Below are positions 62,820 to 64,000 of a stretch of 64,000 nt of DNA, piece after piece. The stretch's first letter is position 1. Each line of letters opens with the position of its first letter. This DNA is from Oscillospiraceae bacterium. GTDB taxonomy: Bacteria; Bacillota; Clostridia; Oscillospirales; Oscillospiraceae. The translations under genes and the position numbers were made by a program. The stretch spans positions 20,299 to 84,298 of the forward strand of contig CACYHB010000004.1 of the NCBI GenBank assembly GCA_902774015.1, read 5' to 3'. The notes below the pieces were generated by a model. The model was not told the origin of the DNA and did no database searches. It saw only the letters and a program-made list of their open reading frames with translations.

Positions 62820-62893
62820 TGCAGCCCGCTGTGCCGGAACCGTCTTCCTTTTCCGGGCATGGATAAAGCTTTCCGAAATAACATACGCGCGAG

Positions 62894-62936
62894 CAAAAAG
62901 GCCGGTGACTTCGTACTTTGTGCGAAGTCACCGGCC
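62894..62936 (-). terminator. rho-independent terminator after the rhamnosidase gene (possibly bidirectional)
   Basis: GGCCGGTGACTTCG, a 9-nt loop, CGAAGTCACCGGCC. On the reverse strand it is followed by TTTTTGCTCG. Confidence 0.7.
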
Positions 62937-63054
62937 CTTCTGCAGGATTCCGGGCAGGCGTCCTGCGCTCAGCCGCCGGAGCACGAAGAGTCGGAAGAAG
63001 AGAGGGCCGATGCGGCGTTCTCCCGGTCAACGATCATGCGCTGCAGCTGATACG

Positions 63055-64000
63055 TCAGGCCATCTTCTCCCGGATCACATAGCTTCCGCTCTGCAGGCTG
63101 CGTCTGGTTCCGCCCGGCAGCTTCAGCTCACATTCCGTAGATACGGGCACCTCAAGCTCCTGTACCCATTCGTCCTTTTCGATCCGCCAGGCGGCCCGGA
63201 TCCGGCCGTAAGGCGTTTTGACTTCCGCCTCTGCGTGCGTCAGGCCGCCGCCCGGCACCGGCGCCACGGTGAAACAGCGATAGCCGGCCTCCGTCGCCTC
63301 AAGGCCCGCGATGCGCCGATAGAAGAAATCTCCCACCGCGCCGTTGGCATAGTGGTTGAAGCTGACCATGCCGCCGGCGCCGTTTTCCTCGCCGGTGTTC
63401 ACCGTCCCGTCCGGACGCAGAGCGTCCCAGCGCTCCCAGATCGTGGTTGCTCCCGCCTTGACGGCATAGAGCCAGCCGGGGCAGCGCTCACTCAAAAGGG
63501 TGCGGTATGCGGTTTCCTCTGCGCCGTGGTCGGAGAGCGCAAAGAGCAGATACGGGGTGCCGGGAAAACCCGTGTGGGGTGTGAAATCCGCAGCTCTGAC
63601 CATTTCCTCCAGGCGTCTCGCCATGGTTTTCTCCTGCTCGCCGTGGGCAAGGCCAAAGGCCAGCGGCAGCACGTATGCTGTCTGGAATTCGTTCTTCAGC
63701 CTGCCGGACTTATAGCAGAGGATCGAAGTATATGCTTCGCCGATCTCTTTGTATAAGTTTACATAATATTCTTTGTCATCCGTTTCACCCAGGATCTCCG
63801 CGATCCGGGCGACGATGCGGCAGGAATTGGCGAAATAGGCGGTGGCCATCCATTTCCCCCGGAGCACCCACTTTGCAAAGCCTCCTTCCGGCGCGCACCA
63901 GTCGCCGAACTGGAAGGGCAAGCTCCAGATGCGCCGGTGCTTCCCCACGCTGAAGAGCGCCGCACGCCGCTCGCACGCAGCGAGGAACTTCTTCATCATC
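63055..64000 (-). CDS. GH78 alpha-L-rhamnosidase, C-terminal part (gene continues beyond the right edge)
   Basis: Contains FGDWCAPEG, TPHTGFPGTPYLLFALS, AGATTIWERWDALRPDG and SFNHYANGAVGDFFYR. The reading frame is open to the window end. Confidence 0.85.
   Translation of the reverse strand, partial: MMKKFLAACERRAALFSVGKHRRIWSLPFQFGDWCAPEGGFAKWVLRGKWMATAYFANSCRIVARIAEILGETDDKEYYVNLYKEIGEAYTSILCYKSGRLKNEFQTAYVLPLAFGLAHGEQEKTMARRLEEMVRAADFTPHTGFPGTPYLLFALSDHGAEETAYRTLLSERCPGWLYAVKAGATTIWERWDALRPDGTVNTGEENGAGGMVSFNHYANGAVGDFFYRRIAGLEATEAGYRCFTVAPVPGGGLTHAEAEVKTPYGRIRAAWRIEKDEWVQELEVPVSTECELKLPGGTRRSLQSGSYVIREKMA

Overview
High-GC, densely coding chromosomal segment of a Clostridia-type Firmicute. 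That taxonomic call is an inference from protein flavour (PolC, ECF module, SpoIIE-type phosphatases). I support about 55 genes, most of them on the reverse strand.

Left third (1-23.7 kb): housekeeping genes. These are a deoC fragment, a ClpC-like unfoldase coupled to macro-domain and DUF523 genes, cvpA, truA, ecfA1-ecfA2-ecfT, a SAM methyltransferase, a beta-CASP RNase, polC and ispG. They are interrupted by a five-gene surface cluster (10.5-16.6 kb). That cluster is headed by a pseudokinase lacking the N-lobe, fused to a C-type-lectin-like ectodomain.

Middle (23.8-42.6 kb):
- a giant solute-binding lipoprotein divergent from an OmpR/HK two-component pair
- a NifX-like protein plus an Mrp/NBP35 ATPase
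- an FHA-SEDS fusion with its class B PBP
- an ABC-F ATPase, a DUF218 protein and a GntR regulator with a perfect palindromic operator
- two divergent sensor PP2C (SpoIIE-type) phosphatases with paralogous output domains and unrelated sensors

Right third (42.9-64 kb):
- a complete Mrp-linked group 4 [NiFe] hydrogenase (Mbh-type) in rearranged gene order, with hypA embedded in it and hypFCDE upstream
- an alanine/glycine:cation symporter, pfkA, a DUF362 protein, a GH94 cellobiose phosphorylase and a GH78 rhamnosidase fragment

Non-coding oddities:
- a two-hairpin REP-like element present twice, with compensatory stem changes
- a 159-bp insertion that duplicates the truA start
- a tandemly duplicated terminator module
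- a 380-bp non-coding gap

I recognised no rRNA, tRNA, CRISPR array, transposase, integrase or phage genes. Many long ORFs in the supplied track are antisense or out-of-frame shadows typical of GC-rich DNA and are rejected. All promoter, terminator and domain calls come from reading the sequence by eye; nothing was computed or searched.
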